Assembly (NCBI GenBank): GCA_052168235.1
Contig: JBQLZK010000040.1
Span: 1-64,000 of the forward strand
Direction of reading: 5' to 3'
Length of the DNA stretch: 64,000 nucleotides
From: Thainema sp.
GTDB lineage: Bacteria; Cyanobacteriota; Cyanobacteriia; Phormidesmidales; Phormidesmidaceae
Positions within the stretch are counted from its first letter, which is position 1. Each line of letters begins with the position of its first letter. Below are positions 61,060-64,000 of the stretch, piece by piece. The notes beneath the pieces were generated by a model. That model was not told the DNA's origin, made no database searches, and was given only the letters and a program-made list of their open reading frames with translations. Position numbers and translations under genes: made by a program.

Positions 61060-62130
61060 GTGACTAACTCCGCGACTAACTTTGTGACCCCAGCAACTCA
61101 AAAAGCCGAGCAAATTCGTCAGTTTGACCCCAGCGGGATCGGCCTTGATAATGGCAACTTTGGTGGACTACCCTTCACGTTTGACACCGCCGATCTTATT
61201 TTGCTGCCCGTCCCTTGGGAAGTGACCGTTTCCTATAATCCGGGTACGGCGGCTGGCCCCCAGATGATTTTGGATGCTTCCCGCCAGCTCGATTTGTACG
61301 ACTTAGATAATCCCGACGGCTGGAAGCAAGGCATCTGGATGGCTCCTAGTCCCACCAGTCTGCAAGCGGAGAGCGATAGACTGCGGCAGGAAGCAAACCG
61401 AATTATCGAACATCTAGAGCAGGGCGGCGAGGTTCACACGCAACCCAATCTGGCTGAAACGTTAGACCGGATTAATCAGGCTTGCGAAGCCATGACTCAA
61501 ACCGTGCTGGCCCAAGCCCAAACCGCGATCGCAACTGGTAAGCGAGTCGGTGTTATCGGCGGCGATCACAGTGTGCCGTTGGGAAATTTACGTGCGATCG
61601 CAACCCGCTATGCCGAATTTGGTGTTTTACATTTTGATGCCCATGCCGATCTGCGTGCAGCCTACGAAGGCTTTCAATATTCCCACGCCTCGATTATGTA
61701 CAACGCCCTGCAAATTCCTCAGCTCACCAAGCTGGTGCAGGTTGGGATACGCGATATTTCTCAAGAAGAGGTGACGCGCATCCAGCAGTCAAGCGGCAGA
61801 GTGGTGACGTACTACGATGCCGTTTTACAGGAAAAGCTCTACAGCGGCCAGACCTGGCTGGCCCTATGCGAGCGAATTGTGGAGCAGTTGCCCAATCAGG
61901 TCTATGTCAGTTTTGACGTGGATGGCCTCGATCCCAAGCTCTGTCCCAATACCGGAACGCCCGTGCCGGGTGGATTAGAGCTAGAACAAGCCTTTTGCCT
62001 CCTGCGCACGCTGGTACGCAGCGGCAGGACGATCATTGGCTTTGATGTCTGTGAAACGGGAGCCGATGAGTGGGACGGCAACGTGGCCGCGCGCGTAGTT
62101 TACAAACTGTGTAATCTGATGGGACTGTAG
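61060..62130 (+). CDS. Agmatinase/ureohydrolase family protein
   Basis: GGDHS, FDAHADL, SFDVDGLDP..GTPVPGG. Confidence 0.9.
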   Translation: MTNSATNFVTPATQKAEQIRQFDPSGIGLDNGNFGGLPFTFDTADLILLPVPWEVTVSYNPGTAAGPQMILDASRQLDLYDLDNPDGWKQGIWMAPSPTSLQAESDRLRQEANRIIEHLEQGGEVHTQPNLAETLDRINQACEAMTQTVLAQAQTAIATGKRVGVIGGDHSVPLGNLRAIATRYAEFGVLHFDAHADLRAAYEGFQYSHASIMYNALQIPQLTKLVQVGIRDISQEEVTRIQQSSGRVVTYYDAVLQEKLYSGQTWLALCERIVEQLPNQVYVSFDVDGLDPKLCPNTGTPVPGGLELEQAFCLLRTLVRSGRTIIGFDVCETGADEWDGNVAARVVYKLCNLMGL

Positions 62131-62239
62131 CTAGCTGGCTGCGGCTAGCTTGCCCTACGTAGGATGAGGGTATCCTACGTCTACGCTAATCACATACGGA
62201 GCGCGGCACTCCAATCATCAGAACTTGATTGGCACAACG

Positions 62240-63961
62240 CTACTTGGAGCGAATACTGACATAGCGGTCGGTGCGAATGGTAGTGATGATGTTGTGAATG
62301 CGGGGTTGGGGTTCACCCAGCGTTGACAGCAGGTGCGAACCCAGCTCTAGGGCAGCCTCAAACTCCGGTTGCACCACCTCTCGCGCGCCGATTTGGCTCA
62401 GCAGGTCAATTTCGCGGTCATTATGCGATCGCACAATAATATCTAAATGAGGATTAATTGCTAAAGCCCGCTTCAGCAGTAACCGGGTGCTGTTCGGATC
62501 GGGAAGTGCGATCGCAAGTGCTTTCGATTTTTCCAGATGGGCTTTTTCCAGCACTAGTTCTGAATCACCGTCACCAAAAATATAGGGAATTTGCTCCATC
62601 CGTAAGCGCTGTACGGCGGCTTCGCTATTTTCAATCACCAGTACGGGATAGCCCTGAGCCAGCAGAATGCGGACGATTACCTGGCCGACGCGACCAAATC
62701 CGGCTACGACGACGTGATCTTGAATAGTTTCAGGAATGGAGAGACTTTTGGGCTGTTCAAACTGCCGTAAAAACCGCGCGAGGGCCGGGATTTTCATCAC
62801 CTGATCAGCAGCAGGGGCCGACGACTTCACAAATACGGGCGTTAAAACTAGCGTGATGGCTGTGGTGCCCAGCAGCAGCAAATACTTGTTCTGCGTAATT
62901 AAGCCCAGATCTCGACCGACTAAGGCCAGAACAAACGAAAATTCCCCAATCTGATTAATGCCAACGCTGCTCATCAGCGCTGTTTTAAATGAGTAGCCAA
63001 ATTTGAGAATAATCGGCAGGATAATCATGGCCTTGCCCAGCATGACGATAACCACTAGGCCAATGATTACGTCGAAATTTCCCCAGAGAATGACCGGATC
63101 AATCAGCATACCGATGGAGGCAAAAAACAGGCAGGCAAACGTATCTCGCAGGGGCAGGACTTTGGCCAGTGCCTGATCGGCATAGTCCACTTCTGAAATC
63201 ATCAATCCGGCGACAAAGGCACCCATTTCAATCGACAGCCCCAAACTAGCCGTCACAATGGCAACGCCCAAACATAGAGCGATGACCGTCAGCAAGAACA
63301 GCTCACTGCTCTCGGTCGCGGCAATCTTACGAATCAACATCGGTACAGCCCAGCGGCCAATTGCGATCGCAGTTCCCAGAAAAGCTGCCACCTTCAGCAC
63401 CGCCTCTAACAGCGCTATGCCAATCTGTTCCGGCTGTGTCAAGGCGGGTAAAACAGCCAGCATTAGACCCAGGGCCAGATCTTGAGCAATCAGGATGGCT
63501 AGCATAATTTGTCCGTGCAGCGTATTCACTTCGCCCCGCTCGGTTAGCGTTTTTAGCACCACTGCAGTTGACGAGAGAGATAGCACGGTGCCCAAAAAGA
63601 TCCCCTGAGTGATGTCTTCGGCCCAGCCAATCAGCACAGCAATCAGCGCCACCAGGATGGTGGTCAGGCCAATTTGCAGCAAACTGCCCTGAATGGCGAT
63701 GTCTTTTACCCGCTTCAGTTCATTCAGCGAAAACTCAACGCCAAGCGCAAACAGCAAAAAGGCCACGCCGATTTCAGCCAGTGCTTGAATTTGCTCAACA
63801 TCGTTTAGCAGCTTGAACCCATACGGCCCCACCAGCAGCCCTGTCGCCAAATAGCCCAGCAGAGCTGGTTGACGCAGGCGATTCGAGATGTAGCCTCCGA
63901 TCGCAGATGTTGCTAGCACGATTGTCAGATCGAGGATAAATTGGTGCTCTGATGCCGCCAT
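62240..63961 (-). CDS. CPA2 cation:proton antiporter with TrkA_N domain
   Basis: LSLSSTAVV, QIGEFSFVL, VAGFGRVG, PEFEAALE. Confidence 0.92.
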   Translation of the reverse strand: MAASEHQFILDLTIVLATSAIGGYISNRLRQPALLGYLATGLLVGPYGFKLLNDVEQIQALAEIGVAFLLFALGVEFSLNELKRVKDIAIQGSLLQIGLTTILVALIAVLIGWAEDITQGIFLGTVLSLSSTAVVLKTLTERGEVNTLHGQIMLAILIAQDLALGLMLAVLPALTQPEQIGIALLEAVLKVAAFLGTAIAIGRWAVPMLIRKIAATESSELFLLTVIALCLGVAIVTASLGLSIEMGAFVAGLMISEVDYADQALAKVLPLRDTFACLFFASIGMLIDPVILWGNFDVIIGLVVIVMLGKAMIILPIILKFGYSFKTALMSSVGINQIGEFSFVLALVGRDLGLITQNKYLLLLGTTAITLVLTPVFVKSSAPAADQVMKIPALARFLRQFEQPKSLSIPETIQDHVVVAGFGRVGQVIVRILLAQGYPVLVIENSEAAVQRLRMEQIPYIFGDGDSELVLEKAHLEKSKALAIALPDPNSTRLLLKRALAINPHLDIIVRSHNDREIDLLSQIGAREVVQPEFEAALELGSHLLSTLGEPQPRIHNIITTIRTDRYVSIRSK

Positions 63962-64000
63962 GACGATGTTGTGTACCTAAAAGCTTGCTTTCATCAAATC

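Overview
Cyanobacterial chromosomal segment, judged from dense HIP1 GCGATCGC (mostly as TGCGATCGCA), petF, ycf20, bvdR and cbbY; the gene content resembles a filamentous Leptolyngbyaceae-like organism. Most of it is housekeeping and signalling: ccdA, petF, bvdR, ispG, puuE, cbbY, CobW+WD40, tRNA-Tyr/tRNA-Thr, pabC-like, ftsH, MscS, GST, CNNM, amidase, a Zn/Mn ABC pair with a Zur-like box, four multi-PAS histidine kinases, RppA-like regulator, trpD, agmatinase and a CPA2 antiporter. No CRISPR array, prophage or transposase was found. Five things stand out: (1) many small non-coding elements made of terminal inverted repeats around a long palindrome with a 3-nt loop, showing nesting, apparent target-site duplications and compensatory stem changes, with no cognate enzyme in the window; (2) a divergent sigma-70-like gene coupled to a DUF1822 gene and preceded by an unlisted 48-aa ORF; (3) a likely 6S RNA and a separate ~82-nt sRNA candidate; (4) a HIP1-bounded Fic cassette with operator-like repeats; (5) a compact QueG/RdhA-like Fe-S protein. 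All calls come from reading motifs by eye; no database searches were run.
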